A stretch of 58,412 nucleotides of DNA, the filler included, from an uncultured bacterium (lineage in GTDB: Bacteria; DAOPZR01), in the NCBI GenBank assembly GCA_964637655.1. It is 3 parts of 3 records of this genome, joined end to end, with 100 filler letters (N's around TTAATTAATTAA, not from the genome) between each part and the next. Parts side by side here need not be neighbours in the genome. Positions count along the whole stretch, not along the records: positions 20,155 to 39,433 come from CAZWUZ010000032.1; positions 39,534 to 58,412 come from CAZWUZ010000033.1; 1 more part is not named here. One strand, written 5' to 3'. Made by a program: the position numbers and the translations under genes. This document shows positions 35,134 to 45,163 of this stretch, one piece after another (the stretch's first letter is position 1; the number at the start of each line of letters is the position of its first letter). The notes beneath the pieces are model-generated. The model was not told where the DNA came from. It did no database searches and saw nothing but the letters and a program-made list of their open reading frames with translations.

Positions 35134-35134
35134 A

Positions 35135-35899
35135 ATGACACGCGCATTTACGGTCGGGCAGGGCTATACCGTCGAGGGCGAGACCGCCTTCTACCTCGGG
35201 GCGGCGGACGGGGTCAACCTCTTTCTGCAGCGGGTCGAAAAGCAGCTGCACCTGTTCGCTTTCGTGCCGGCGGGCACGCCGACGGCGGACGCGTTGCAGG
35301 AAAAGGTGCTCGATATCTGCACGGAGGATGAACTGGCGGAGCATATCCCTCCGGTGGCCGGTGCGACCATGGCGGTCGACGGCGACGCGGTTGCCCGGTT
35401 CCTGCTGACGCAGCAACCGGCGCTGCCGAACACCGCCTTCTGCCCGGCGGGGCGGCTGGCGGAACTCGCGGAATCGCGCGGGGACGTGCACGACGCCACG
35501 GCCGACCTGACGCTGGGCAAACGCTACCGCGCGGTCGCCCCCGACTACTGCATCGTGCAGGGTGATACGCTCTGGCGGCAGACGGGACTGCGTGAGCAGT
35601 ATCCCGATCTGGTGCTGCAGCTCGTTCCGTTTCCGCGCGCCGCGTTCCTTGCGCGGGGCGAATTTGCTGACGGGAAACCGGTGTACGTGCGGGCGAAATC
35701 CGTCGAGAAGTACGGCGGGAAGCATGCACAGTTTGCCGAGTGGGCGGCGCTGGCGCAGCAGGACTTTGCCGCGCAGTTTGCCGGGGCGCAGCTCGCCACC
35801 TGGCAGCGCCGCTATGCGCTGACCGATGCCGGGCGCGCGCTGGCCGCGCGGCTCACGATCGCCGAAACGGATATCCATCTGCTGCAGCCGTCCATCTGA
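35135..35899 (+). CDS. Hypothetical protein
   Basis: GGAGG SD; ATG 1 nt after the amidohydrolase stop; typical codon usage. Confidence 0.65.
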   Translation: MTRAFTVGQGYTVEGETAFYLGAADGVNLFLQRVEKQLHLFAFVPAGTPTADALQEKVLDICTEDELAEHIPPVAGATMAVDGDAVARFLLTQQPALPNTAFCPAGRLAELAESRGDVHDATADLTLGKRYRAVAPDYCIVQGDTLWRQTGLREQYPDLVLQLVPFPRAAFLARGEFADGKPVYVRAKSVEKYGGKHAQFAEWAALAQQDFAAQFAGAQLATWQRRYALTDAGRALAARLTIAETDIHLLQPSI

Positions 35900-35916
35900 C
35901 CTGACGCGCGGGCGGC

Positions 35917-36648
35917 ATGAACTGGCTGTCACGGCGCTCCCGCGCCGCACTGGCGCAGCGCCTGATCAATGAATCAGGCGGTATCTGGTATCACTGGCGC
36001 GCGTGGCGCTACCGTACCACGCTCTGGCGCCCGTTTATCACCCGCCTTGAATCACTGCTGCTGCCGGCGCTGGCGGGCCGCAGCGGACGCCTCGTGCTCG
36101 TCGGGCCGAGTGCCGGCTGGACCCTGACTGACCGCCTGCTCTCCCCGTTTTCCGCACTCACGGTTATCGAACCTGACCCGCTGGCCGTTCGCCTGCTCCG
36201 TCGCCGTCTGGCGCGCGTCGCTCCTGCGGCTGCGGTCAGGTGTGACCCGCACGACTATTTTGCCGACGGTGACGGGCCGCAGCGCCTGTGTGCTGCGCAT
36301 GCCGGTGCTACCGTGCTTTTCTGCAACCTGCTCGGGCAGCTGCATCTGCTGCTGGCGGAACCGCACCTGTCAGCGGTGCGACGGGGGCTGCGTACTGTTC
36401 TGCGCGCGCCCGGGTTTCAGTGGCTGAGTTATCATGACCGCTGCAGCGCGGATGCGCCGCTGGTGCTGCCGCCGTCACCGGTGGCGCGGCTGAATGACGC
36501 GGAGTGTCGCGCCTGTTTTCCGGGGGCGGCGCCGGAAGCATGCATCGACCACGGGACCGGGGAACTCTTCCCCGACGGGCAGGCCGCCTACGCCGACTGG
36601 GAAATTATTCCCGGAACACACCACCTCATCGAATTCCTGCACCACTGA
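35917..36648 (+). CDS. Hypothetical protein, possible Rossmann-like fold
   Basis: LVLVGPSAGW...VIEPDP; continues the operon. Confidence 0.6.
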   Translation: MNWLSRRSRAALAQRLINESGGIWYHWRAWRYRTTLWRPFITRLESLLLPALAGRSGRLVLVGPSAGWTLTDRLLSPFSALTVIEPDPLAVRLLRRRLARVAPAAAVRCDPHDYFADGDGPQRLCAAHAGATVLFCNLLGQLHLLLAEPHLSAVRRGLRTVLRAPGFQWLSYHDRCSADAPLVLPPSPVARLNDAECRACFPGAAPEACIDHGTGELFPDGQAAYADWEIIPGTHHLIEFLHH

Positions 36649-36659
36649 TCGGACGGTGC

Positions 36660-37709
36660 TTAGTGCTGCGGCGGGGGTGTGCGGGTCGCGCTGCTGAGGG
36701 AAATGCCGAACTTCATCAGGTAGACAGGGCCGAGCAGCAGGATGGGGACGAACCCCGTGGCCCAGGCGACGAAGCCGTAGGCGACGGCGGCGACTTTCGC
36801 CACGCCCATGACGTCGGCGATGGCGACGGTGCAGGCGAGCTGGTAGCTGCCGAGGAAGCCGGGTGACGGGATGATGGTGATGAACGCCGCAACGAAGACG
36901 ACCACCATCAGGCCGGCGGTCATGATGTCCGTGGTGGCCGGGACGGCATGGCAGGCGTAGAAGAAGGGGATATAGGTGAGGACGCCGAGCAGCCAGATGG
37001 CGGCCGACTGCACGATGACCAGCGCGAGGTCGCGCCCGTTGCCGAGCACCCCCAGTCCCTGCACGAACATGCGGATGATGCCGTCGACGCGGCTGGCGAC
37101 ACCGGCGGGGAAGGGGCGCAGGCAGAACGCGGTGAACTGCAGCGTCGCCGCCTGCCGGAAATGCAGGAAGAGCGCGAAGACGAGCAGGCCGAGCGACAGC
37201 GCGAAACTGATGTAGCCGAACTGCAGCAGCACGGTGGCAAGGTTGAACTCCTGGCCGCCGAAGTCGAAAGTCAGCGCCGAGGCAAACACGTCGCTGCGCG
37301 TGACGAACAGGATGGCGAGCAGCAGCAGCACGAAAAACATGTCGATGAGGCGTTCGAGCACGATGGTGGCCAGCGAGGCGGAGTAGGGAATCTGCTCGCG
37401 TTCGCTGACGATGTAGGCGCGGATGAACTCGCCCGCGCGCGCGGGGAGAAAGTTGCCGAAGAAGCCCGCGAGGTAGTACTGGAACATGCGTCCCGTGGTG
37501 ACCGGGCGCAGCGGGCGCATCAGCAGGGCCCAGCGCCAGGCGCGCAGCCAGAAGACGAGCAGCACGATGAGCAGTGCGACGAGCACCCAGGCCCAGCGCA
37601 CCGCGGCGAACGCGGCGGCCAGTTCGCCGAGCGGGACGCCGTGCAGCACGATGGCGAGCACCCCGACGATGACCGCGATACTGATGATGATCTTGAGCGC
37701 GTTTTTCAC
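36660..37709 (-). CDS. Lysylphosphatidylglycerol synthase TM-like (flippase-like) membrane protein
   Basis: LRAWRW, NFLPARAGEFIRA, LERLID, PSPGFLGSY; multiple TM helices. Confidence 0.88.
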   Translation of the reverse strand: MKNALKIIISIAVIVGVLAIVLHGVPLGELAAAFAAVRWAWVLVALLIVLLVFWLRAWRWALLMRPLRPVTTGRMFQYYLAGFFGNFLPARAGEFIRAYIVSEREQIPYSASLATIVLERLIDMFFVLLLLAILFVTRSDVFASALTFDFGGQEFNLATVLLQFGYISFALSLGLLVFALFLHFRQAATLQFTAFCLRPFPAGVASRVDGIIRMFVQGLGVLGNGRDLALVIVQSAAIWLLGVLTYIPFFYACHAVPATTDIMTAGLMVVVFVAAFITIIPSPGFLGSYQLACTVAIADVMGVAKVAAVAYGFVAWATGFVPILLLGPVYLMKFGISLSSATRTPPPQH

Positions 37710-37719
37710 CGGCGGGAAA

Positions 37720-38064
37720 TCAGGCGGCGGGCGTGTCGCGCAGGCGGGTCAGCGCCTCGGCGAGCGTCGGCACCGCGGCCACGACGTGTTCGCCGCCGAC
37801 CAGCGCGTAGAGTTTCTGCACCGGGGGCTGCAGGGCGCAGAGCAGGAATTTTCCGTCAGCGTTTTTCAGCGCCTGCGCCATCTTGATGATCACGCGGAAG
37901 CCCGCGCTGGAGATGATGGTCGTTTCGCTGCAGTCGAAGACGACGCGCCGCGCCCCCTGTTCCACCAGCGCCAGCAGTTCCGCCTCCTCGCGCCGCGGTG
38001 AAAACGCGTCAAACTTCGGGGTCAGGGTGACGATGGTGATGCCGTCCTGTTCGCGGATCTTCAC
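37720..38064 (-). CDS. STAS-domain anti-sigma factor antagonist
   Basis: GTG at 38064 with GGAGG SD; VVFDCSETTIISSAGFRV. Confidence 0.85.
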   Translation of the reverse strand: MKIREQDGITIVTLTPKFDAFSPRREEAELLALVEQGARRVVFDCSETTIISSAGFRVIIKMAQALKNADGKFLLCALQPPVQKLYALVGGEHVVAAVPTLAEALTRLRDTPAA

Positions 38065-38144
38065 GCAGGTCCTCCGTCGCGGCCGGTTGCCGCTCCTAAA
38101 TAGTAGCAGATTATGATACATAGAGCAAGTGGAGGGACGAAAAG

Positions 38145-38182
38145 AAAGGGGCCATACTGACACATTGACACATTCACCACAA
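38145..38182 (+). repeat. Direct repeat copy 1 (copy 2 at 39263-39302)
   Basis: AAAGGGGCCATACTGACACATTGACACATTCACCACAA vs AAAGGGGCCATACTAGCACATTGACACATGTTATCCACAA. Confidence 0.85.
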
Positions 38183-38230
38183 CAATGAAAACGACGGGTC
38201 CTGCCCATAAGGGGCCCTGTCATGGGGCCG

Positions 38231-38258
38231 TTTACAGCAGCGGTGGATGTGGTATAAT
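38231..38258 (+). promoter_or_regulatory. sigma70 promoter with extended -10
   Basis: TTTACA-16nt-TATAAT (TGGTATAAT). Confidence 0.6.
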
Positions 38259-38280
38259 GGGTCCGGACAAGGAGAATAAC

Positions 38281-39264
38281 ATGCGGAACGGAATGGTGTG
38301 GCTGGGAGTACTCCTGCTGGCGGCAATTGCCGGGTGTCGGGCGCCGGAAACAGCGCGAACCGGAAATCCGGCGCCGCTACGCATCGTGATGATCGCCAAG
38401 GCGCAGAACAATCCGGTCTTCCTCGCCGCGCATAATGGGGCGCGGGCGGCGGCGCGGGAACTCGGGGAACAGTATGGGCGCGACATCGTGATCGACTGGC
38501 AGACGCCGGCGCAGGAAAATGCCGCACAGCAGGCGGCGGCGGTCACGGCAGCGGCAGCCACGGGCGCCGATGCCATCCTGCTGTCGTGTTCCGAAACGCC
38601 GGCGCTGGTGCCCGCGCTGGAACAGGCGGCACGTGCGGACATCCCGGTGATGACGTTCGACAGCGATGCGCCGGAACACCTGCGGTTCGCTTTTTGCGGC
38701 AGTGATGACGCCCGGGCGGGGGAACTGCTTCTCGAGGAAATGGCGACGCTGCTCGGCGGGCGCGGCCGGATCGCGGTGCTGGCGGGCAATGCCGCGGCAC
38801 CCAACCTGCAGCGGCGCGTGGCGGGAGTGAAACGGGCGCTGGCGCGGCATCGCGACCTGCGGCTGACGCGCGTCTATCATCATCCCGAGACGGCGGCGGC
38901 GGCATGCGAGACAATGCGCGCGGCGCAACGCCGACAGCCGGGGATCAGGGGGTGGGTGCTGATCGGCGGCTGGCCGCTGTATGACAGCGAACTCGGCAAC
39001 GTCCGTGAACTGGCCACTATCCCCATCGTCTCGATGGATGCACTGCCGATGCAGTTGCCGTACGTGGAAAACGGGCAGGTGCAGGTGCTGCTGGCGCAGG
39101 ATGCTTTCGCGTGGGGTGAGACCGGCGTGCGCACCATCGTCGCGCGGCTGCTGGACGGCACGATACCACCGTCGTTCATTTCCCTGCCGCTGACGCGCGT
39201 GACCCGCGCTACGCTGCCGCAGTGGCGCGAACAGCTGGAACGCTGGGAAATAATGGGTCCATAA
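38281..39264 (+). CDS. RbsB-like sugar-binding lipoprotein
   Basis: AAGGAG SD; lipobox IAGC; NNPVF, IPVMTFDSD, GSDD, NLQRR, LLAQD. Confidence 0.88.
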   Translation: MRNGMVWLGVLLLAAIAGCRAPETARTGNPAPLRIVMIAKAQNNPVFLAAHNGARAAARELGEQYGRDIVIDWQTPAQENAAQQAAAVTAAAATGADAILLSCSETPALVPALEQAARADIPVMTFDSDAPEHLRFAFCGSDDARAGELLLEEMATLLGGRGRIAVLAGNAAAPNLQRRVAGVKRALARHRDLRLTRVYHHPETAAAACETMRAAQRRQPGIRGWVLIGGWPLYDSELGNVRELATIPIVSMDALPMQLPYVENGQVQVLLAQDAFAWGETGVRTIVARLLDGTIPPSFISLPLTRVTRATLPQWREQLERWEIMGP

Positions 39265-39433
39265 AGGGGCCATACTAGCACATTGACACATGTTATCCAC
39301 AATTTCATCAACAATCACGGAATTGCACAATATCTTGTCGGCGAATATGATATATACCAGATGGGCGTATTGGATGATTTGAAATGAGGAAAAAAGTGTA
39401 AGAAAATGAAAAATGTGGATAACTTTGTGGATA
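39263..39433. promoter_or_regulatory. DnaA-box cluster with AT-rich tract (candidate oriC), cut by contig end
   Basis: TTATCCACA at 39293-39301, TGTGGATAA at 39414-39422, TGTGGATA at 39426-39433 (truncated); AT-rich DNA between them. Confidence 0.7.
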
Positions 39434-39533
39434 NNNNNNNNNNNNNNNNNNNNNNNNNNNNNNNNNNNNNNNNNNNNTTAATTAATTAANNNNNNNNNNN
39501 NNNNNNNNNNNNNNNNNNNNNNNNNNNNNNNNN
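39434..39533. other. Artificial contig linker
   Basis: Same N/TTAATTAATTAA/N 100-nt structure as 20055-20154. Confidence 0.97.
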
Positions 39534-39534
39534 G

Positions 39535-40590
39535 AAAACCGGCCAGCTCTCCATCGGGGCGGCCTACAGCCGGCTCGACAGCCTGATGGGCCTGCTCGAA
39601 GTCAAAAAGCGCAATTTCTCCGCCACGGATTTCTGGAGTTTCACCGGGCGCGGCCAGGATTTCAGCATGCGCGCCGAGTATGGCAGCAAACGTCAGAACT
39701 TCAATGTCTCCTGGGCTGACCCGTGGATCAACGACGACCTTGACGACACGCACACGCCCAGCCCGCTGGTACCCATCTACCTCGGCCTGAACGGGTTCAA
39801 CCTGACCCATGAGTGGGACGGCTACGACGAGGGGCATCTGGGCGGCGGCATCAAACTCGGTCGCCCCATCTACGACAACTTCACCTACGGCTACCTCGGC
39901 TACCAGTGGGACCGCATCGACATCGACAACCTCGACTACTGGTCGGCCCCGTCGAGCATCTGGGAATCAGGTGAACGGCACGACCGTGCCAGTTCGCTCA
40001 GTGTCGACATCGTGCGCGAGACGCTCGACAACCGCTGGGAGCCGCATACCGGCTACCGCGTGGCGCTGGGTAATACCATGACTGGCGGCGCGCTGGGCGG
40101 GACCATCGACTACAACCGCCCGTCGTTCGATTATACCCAGATGATCCCGACGTCGGAGCGTACCGCGTTCGCTTTCCACCTCGCGTGGACGATGATCGAC
40201 AACCCGTTCAGCAGCCAGGAGGTGCCGTCGTACGAACTGCTCTACCTGGGCGGCGCGGACAGCGTGCGCGGGTATCCCGAGCGTTCGCTGGCGGTTTACC
40301 CGGGCGAGAACGGCGGCCACACGGCGACCTACTTCAACCTCGAGTGGCGCTACCCGCTGGTGGACAACCTGCTCAGCGGCCTGCTCTTTTTCGACGGCGG
40401 CAACGTGTTCGGCGCGCCCGGCAAGGTCGTGTTCAGCGACTTCAAGTACGGGGTCGGGCTCGGCTTCCGCCTGAAAATCATGGGCATGCCGATGCGCCTC
40501 GACTACGGCTACCGCCTGGCGGCGAGTTCGCCCTACGCGGATGACGGGCATGAAGGGGAGATCCACTTCAGTTTCGGCTCGATGTTCTGA
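39535..40590 (+). CDS. bamA: Outer membrane protein assembly factor BamA, beta-barrel part (5' partial)
   Basis: KTGQLSIGAAYS, LGGADSVRGY, FFDGGNV, MRLDYG, terminal Phe; precedes skp-lpxD. Confidence 0.92.
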   Translation, partial: KTGQLSIGAAYSRLDSLMGLLEVKKRNFSATDFWSFTGRGQDFSMRAEYGSKRQNFNVSWADPWINDDLDDTHTPSPLVPIYLGLNGFNLTHEWDGYDEGHLGGGIKLGRPIYDNFTYGYLGYQWDRIDIDNLDYWSAPSSIWESGERHDRASSLSVDIVRETLDNRWEPHTGYRVALGNTMTGGALGGTIDYNRPSFDYTQMIPTSERTAFAFHLAWTMIDNPFSSQEVPSYELLYLGGADSVRGYPERSLAVYPGENGGHTATYFNLEWRYPLVDNLLSGLLFFDGGNVFGAPGKVVFSDFKYGVGLGFRLKIMGMPMRLDYGYRLAASSPYADDGHEGEIHFSFGSMF

Positions 40591-40657
40591 TGCAACTTTC
40601 CGGACGCGACCGGCGTCTAACAGCGTAAATGCGCACCCCGAGCGGTGCAGGAGGACG

Positions 40658-41173
40658 ATGATGAACGTGTGGCGGATGATGGTGATGGCGGCAGTACTGA
40701 CAGTGCTGGCGGCGGTGCCGGCGCTGGCCTCGAGCAACCTGGTGGTCGGCTACATGGGCACGCAGGAAGTGCTCGCGTCCTATACCGCCTATCAGGCGGC
40801 CTATCGCGAACTGGAACAGGTGCGCGGGCCGCTGGAGCAGCAGCTCAAGGAGAAGCAGGAGGAAATCCGTCAGTTGCAGCGCGAACTGGAAACCAACCTG
40901 CTGCTGTCGGAATCACGCAAGCAGCAGCTGCAGGAGCAGATCCGCGCCAAGATGGTGGCGCTGCAGCAGCAGATGGAGGACAATCAGCAGGCGCTCAACA
41001 CGCAGGAAAAGGCGAAAGTCGAGCCGCTGATGAAGGCGCTGCAGGAGGCGGTCAAGAAGGTTGCCGTCGCGCGCGGCTACAACGTGGTGCAGGAACGCGG
41101 CAATCCGGGCCTGCTGTGGATCGACCCGGCACTCGATATCACCGCGGATATCATCGCTGAAGTCAACCGGTGA
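40658..41173 (+). CDS. skp: Skp/OmpH periplasmic chaperone
   Basis: Signal peptide, VGYM, Gln-rich coiled coil, DITADII; located between bamA and lpxD. Confidence 0.88.
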   Translation: MMNVWRMMVMAAVLTVLAAVPALASSNLVVGYMGTQEVLASYTAYQAAYRELEQVRGPLEQQLKEKQEEIRQLQRELETNLLLSESRKQQLQEQIRAKMVALQQQMEDNQQALNTQEKAKVEPLMKALQEAVKKVAVARGYNVVQERGNPGLLWIDPALDITADIIAEVNR

Positions 41174-42219
41174 TTGACGGCAGCAGTGCCAGCGCCCCGC
41201 TGACCGCGGCGGCGCTGGCGGAGCGCCTCGGCGCCCGCGTGGTGGCGGGCGACGGCGGGCGGCTGGTGTGCGGGGTGTGCGGCAACACCGCGCTGCAGGC
41301 GGGGGCGCTCACCTACCTGACCGCGGCGCCGGCGGACGCGGCGGCGCTGGCGGTACTCGGCGCGGTGCTGGTGCCGCCCGGGCTGACGCTGGCAGCGGAC
41401 GTGCCGCACCTCGAGTGCGCCACTCCGCGCCTCGCTTTCGCGCAGGCGCTGGCGTACTATCATCCCGAGGAGGTGCCCCCGGCGGGTGTGCATCCGACCG
41501 CGGTGGTTGCTCCCGACGCGCAGCTCGGCGCGGACGTCAGCATCGGGCCGCACGCGAGCATCGGCAGCGGCGCGGTACTGGGTGACGGCGTCATTGTCGG
41601 TGACGGAGCCGTGGTCGGCAACGGCGTGGTTATCGGCGCGGGGACGCGCCTCTTTCCGCGTGTGGTCATCTACCCGCGCTGCACGCTGGGGGCGCGCGTG
41701 CGGGTGCATGCGGGCACGGTGATCGGGTCCGACGGGTTCGGCTATGAGTGGGACGGGACGCGGCATGCAAAAATCCCGCAGGTGGGTGGCGTCAGCATCG
41801 AAGACGACGTTGAACTGGGGGCGAATGTCACGGTGGACAACGGCGTGGTCGGGGCAACGGTCATCCGGCGCGGCACGAAGATCGACAACCTCGTGCACAT
41901 CGCCCACAACGTCGACATCGGCGAACACTGCCTGCTGATTTCGCAGGTCGGGGTGGCCGGCAGCGCGCGCGTCGGCGCGGGCTGCGTGCTCGGCGGGCAG
42001 GTCGGGGTCGCGGGCCATCTTACCATCGGGCCGCGCGCGACGATTGCCGCCAAGTCGGGCGTCAGCAAGAGCGTGCCGGGCAATGCCGTCTACAGCGGCT
42101 TTCCGCTGCGGCGGCACGAAGAGGAAAAAAAGATCAAGGCGGCGCTCGGGCGCCTGCCGCAGCTGCTGCGCCGGGTGGCGCGGCTGGAACAACGGCACGA
42201 CGGCGGCAACGAGGACTGA
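41170..42219 (+). CDS. lpxD: UDP-3-O-acyl-glucosamine N-acyltransferase
   Basis: [43 protein letters not shown]. Confidence 0.95.
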   Translation: MIDGSSASAPLTAAALAERLGARVVAGDGGRLVCGVCGNTALQAGALTYLTAAPADAAALAVLGAVLVPPGLTLAADVPHLECATPRLAFAQALAYYHPEEVPPAGVHPTAVVAPDAQLGADVSIGPHASIGSGAVLGDGVIVGDGAVVGNGVVIGAGTRLFPRVVIYPRCTLGARVRVHAGTVIGSDGFGYEWDGTRHAKIPQVGGVSIEDDVELGANVTVDNGVVGATVIRRGTKIDNLVHIAHNVDIGEHCLLISQVGVAGSARVGAGCVLGGQVGVAGHLTIGPRATIAAKSGVSKSVPGNAVYSGFPLRRHEEEKKIKAALGRLPQLLRRVARLEQRHDGGNED

Positions 42220-42221
42220 TC

Positions 42222-43520
42222 ATGCAGGGAACGATACGTAAAACGGTGACGGTGACGGGCGTGGGGCTGCATACCGGGCGCCAGGTGACGCTGCGCCTGC
42301 TCCCCGGCGACCCGGGCAGCGGCCTGACCTTCAAACGGGTGGATCTCGACGGGCAGCCGTGCCTCGCCGTGGCGGCGGAACATGTCGTCGGGGCGCAGCG
42401 CGAGACGGTGCTCGGCACGGAAACCTTCACCATCCACACCACCGAGCATCTCATGGCGGCGCTGCGGGTGCGGGAAATCGACAACCTGGTGATCGAACTC
42501 GACGGCCCGGAAGTGCCGGTGCTTGACGGCAGCGCCCGCCGGTGGCTGGAACTGCTCGACGAGGCGGACCGGCAGGAGCAGGGGCTGCCGGCACCGGTGT
42601 TCCGCCCGCGCGAGGTCATGTCGGTGACGGCCAACGGCGACATCCTGCTGCTGCTGCCGGCCCCCGACCTGAAGATCACCTACCTGCTGCACTACGACTG
42701 CCCGAGCATCGGCTCGCAGTACTACTCGCTGACGGTGACGCCGGAGAGTTTTGCGCAGGAGATTGCCCCGGCGCGGACCTTCGGACTGAAGGAGGAGGTC
42801 GACGCGCTGTACGCGCGCAAACTGGCCAAGGGCGGCTCGCTGGAGAATGCCGTGGTCTTCGCCCCGGACGGGCCGCTCAACCCCGAGGGGCTGCGCTTTC
42901 CCAACGAGCCGGTGCGGCACAAAATCCTCGACCTGATCGGTGACATGGCGCTGACCGGGGTGCGCGTGCAGGGGCACTTCATCGGCATCCGCTCGGGGCA
43001 TTATCTGAACGTGCAGCTGATGCACAAGATCCGCTCGGCGATGCCGCTGACCGCGCCCGGACTGCAGGAAAGTTTCGGCAAGTGTGACATCACCTTTGAC
43101 GTGACGGCGATCCAGCGCATCCTGCCGCACCGCTACCCGTTCCTGCTCGTCGACAAGATCATCGGCATGGACGGCGACCGGCGCGTGGTCGGCATCAAGA
43201 ACGTCACCATCAACGAGCCGTTCTTCCAGGGGCATTTTCCCGGCCACCCGGTGATGCCGGGGGTGCTGATCATCGAGGCGATGGCGCAGGTCGGCGGCGT
43301 GATGCTGCTGGCGCGCACGGAGAACAGCGGCAAACTGGTCTACTTCATGGGGCTGGACGGGGTGCGCTGGCGCAAGCCGGTGGTGCCCGGCGACCAGCTG
43401 GTATTCGTGGTCGAGGTGCTGAAAATGAAATCGCGTATCGGCGCGCTCAGGGGCGCGGCCTATGTCGAGGGAAATCTGGTGGCCGAGGCGGAGATGAAAT
43501 TCTCCCTCGTCGACCAGTAG
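42222..43520 (+). CDS. lpxC: Bifunctional LpxC/FabZ fusion
   Basis: [35 protein letters not shown] (LpxC) in frame with [11 protein letters not shown] and [22 protein letters not shown] (FabZ). Confidence 0.95.
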   Translation: MQGTIRKTVTVTGVGLHTGRQVTLRLLPGDPGSGLTFKRVDLDGQPCLAVAAEHVVGAQRETVLGTETFTIHTTEHLMAALRVREIDNLVIELDGPEVPVLDGSARRWLELLDEADRQEQGLPAPVFRPREVMSVTANGDILLLLPAPDLKITYLLHYDCPSIGSQYYSLTVTPESFAQEIAPARTFGLKEEVDALYARKLAKGGSLENAVVFAPDGPLNPEGLRFPNEPVRHKILDLIGDMALTGVRVQGHFIGIRSGHYLNVQLMHKIRSAMPLTAPGLQESFGKCDITFDVTAIQRILPHRYPFLLVDKIIGMDGDRRVVGIKNVTINEPFFQGHFPGHPVMPGVLIIEAMAQVGGVMLLARTENSGKLVYFMGLDGVRWRKPVVPGDQLVFVVEVLKMKSRIGALRGAAYVEGNLVAEAEMKFSLVDQ

Positions 43521-43529
43521 GGGACCATC

Positions 43530-44309
43530 ATGGCGAAGATCCATCCGACGGCGGTGGTTGATCCCGCCAGCGAACTGGCGGCGGATGTCGAAGTCGGCCC
43601 GGGGGCGGTGGTCGGCGGCCCCGGCTGCGTCATCGGTGCCGGGTGTGTCATCGGCGCGCATGCGCTGGTCGGCCCGCACACCGTGCTGGGAAAAAACAAC
43701 ATCCTCCACCACGGCGCGGTGGTCGGCAGCGACCCGCAGGACCTCAAGTTCCGCGGCGAGGTGACGACGCTCACGGTCGGGGACAACAATATCTTCCGCG
43801 AGTACTGCACGGTCAACCGCGGCACGGGCAACGGCGGCGGCGCGACGACCATCGGCAGCGACTGCCTGTTCATGGTCTACAGCCACGTGGCGCATGACTG
43901 TCACGTCGGCAGCCGGGTAATCATGGCCAACTCGGCCACCCTGGCCGGGCATATCAGCGTCGACGATCATGTGACGATCGGCGGACTGACCCCGGTGCAT
44001 CAGTTCGTGCGCATCGGCACCTTCGCCTTTATCGGCGGCGGCGGCTGGATCTCGATGGACGTGCCGCCGTTCATGATGGTCGGCGGGCCGGACAGCCAGG
44101 TGATGGGGATCAACACCGTCGGGCTGGAGCGGGCGGGGGTGAGCGCGGAGACGCGCGGGCACCTCAAGGCGGCGTTCAAGCTGCTCTACCGCGCCAATCT
44201 CAACCTGAGCGAGGCGATTATCCGCATCGCCCAGGAGGTGCCCGAGGCGCCCGAGGTGGTGAAACTGCTGACGTTTCTGCGCGCCAGCCAGCGGGGGATC
44301 ATCCGCTGA
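43530..44309 (+). CDS. lpxA: UDP-N-acetylglucosamine O-acyltransferase
   Basis: IHPTAVV, PQDLKF, HVAHDC, LAGH, VHQFVRIG, RGIIR. Confidence 0.96.
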   Translation: MAKIHPTAVVDPASELAADVEVGPGAVVGGPGCVIGAGCVIGAHALVGPHTVLGKNNILHHGAVVGSDPQDLKFRGEVTTLTVGDNNIFREYCTVNRGTGNGGGATTIGSDCLFMVYSHVAHDCHVGSRVIMANSATLAGHISVDDHVTIGGLTPVHQFVRIGTFAFIGGGGWISMDVPPFMMVGGPDSQVMGINTVGLERAGVSAETRGHLKAAFKLLYRANLNLSEAIIRIAQEVPEAPEVVKLLTFLRASQRGIIR

Positions 44310-45163
44310 GCGACGCGCTCGACCTGAGCGTCGCGCTGATTGTGCGCGACGCGGCGGCGCTGCTGCCGGATCTGCTCGCCTCGCTTCCGGGGCGCGGCGA
44401 AGAAGTGGGTGCGGTCGACACCGGGTCGACCGACGCGACGGTGGCGCTGCTGCAGGCGCATGGCGCCCGGGTGGAGCACGGGACGCTGGACGACGATTTC
44501 AGCGCGGCGCGCAACGCCTCGCTGGCGCTGTGCACGCGGGCGTGGACGCTGGTCATCGACGCGGACGAGCGCCTGCCGCGGGATGCGGGCGAGGTGCTCG
44601 CTGCGTGGATGCGCAGCCGCCGCTATGACGGCTACTGGCTGGCGCGCGACAACGAGGCGCCCGACGGCACGCTGCTCTACCGCGACTGGGTGCTGCGGCT
44701 GTTCCGCACTGACCCGGCCATCAGGTTCCGCGGGCGCGTGCACGAAGGTGTCGAGCGCGCCCTGACGGAGCAGGGGGGGAAGACGGCGCAGCTGCCGCTG
44801 GTGCTGCGTCACGCCGGGGTCGGGTTCGACCCGGCCAAGAGCGACCGCTACCTGCGCCTGCTGGCGCGGGAACAGGCGGAACACCCGGATGACTGGTCCC
44901 TGTGGGACCATCAGGGGTGCGAGTATTTCCGCCGCGGCGAGTACCGCGCGGCGCTGCAGGCGTTCGCGCACATCTGTGCGCAGCAGGTGCAGTATCCCGC
45001 GGCATATGCCAATGCGGGGACGCTGCTGCTGCGGTTCCTCAAGGAACCGCGCGCAGCGCTGCCGTACCTCGAAGCAGCGGTGCGGCAGGAGAAGGACAAC
45101 GGCGACATCCGCGCGCTGCTGGTGCAGGCGCGGGCGGCGATAGCGCAGGAGGAACAACGATGA
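44306..45163 (+). CDS. GT2 glycosyltransferase with TPR; probable CTG start
   Basis: LSVALIVRD first strand lies upstream of the track start; VDTGSTD, DDFSAARN, IDADE, RVHE. CTGA overlaps the lpxA stop. Confidence 0.85.
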   Translation: MSDALDLSVALIVRDAAALLPDLLASLPGRGEEVGAVDTGSTDATVALLQAHGARVEHGTLDDDFSAARNASLALCTRAWTLVIDADERLPRDAGEVLAAWMRSRRYDGYWLARDNEAPDGTLLYRDWVLRLFRTDPAIRFRGRVHEGVERALTEQGGKTAQLPLVLRHAGVGFDPAKSDRYLRLLAREQAEHPDDWSLWDHQGCEYFRRGEYRAALQAFAHICAQQVQYPAAYANAGTLLLRFLKEPRAALPYLEAAVRQEKDNGDIRALLVQARAAIAQEEQR

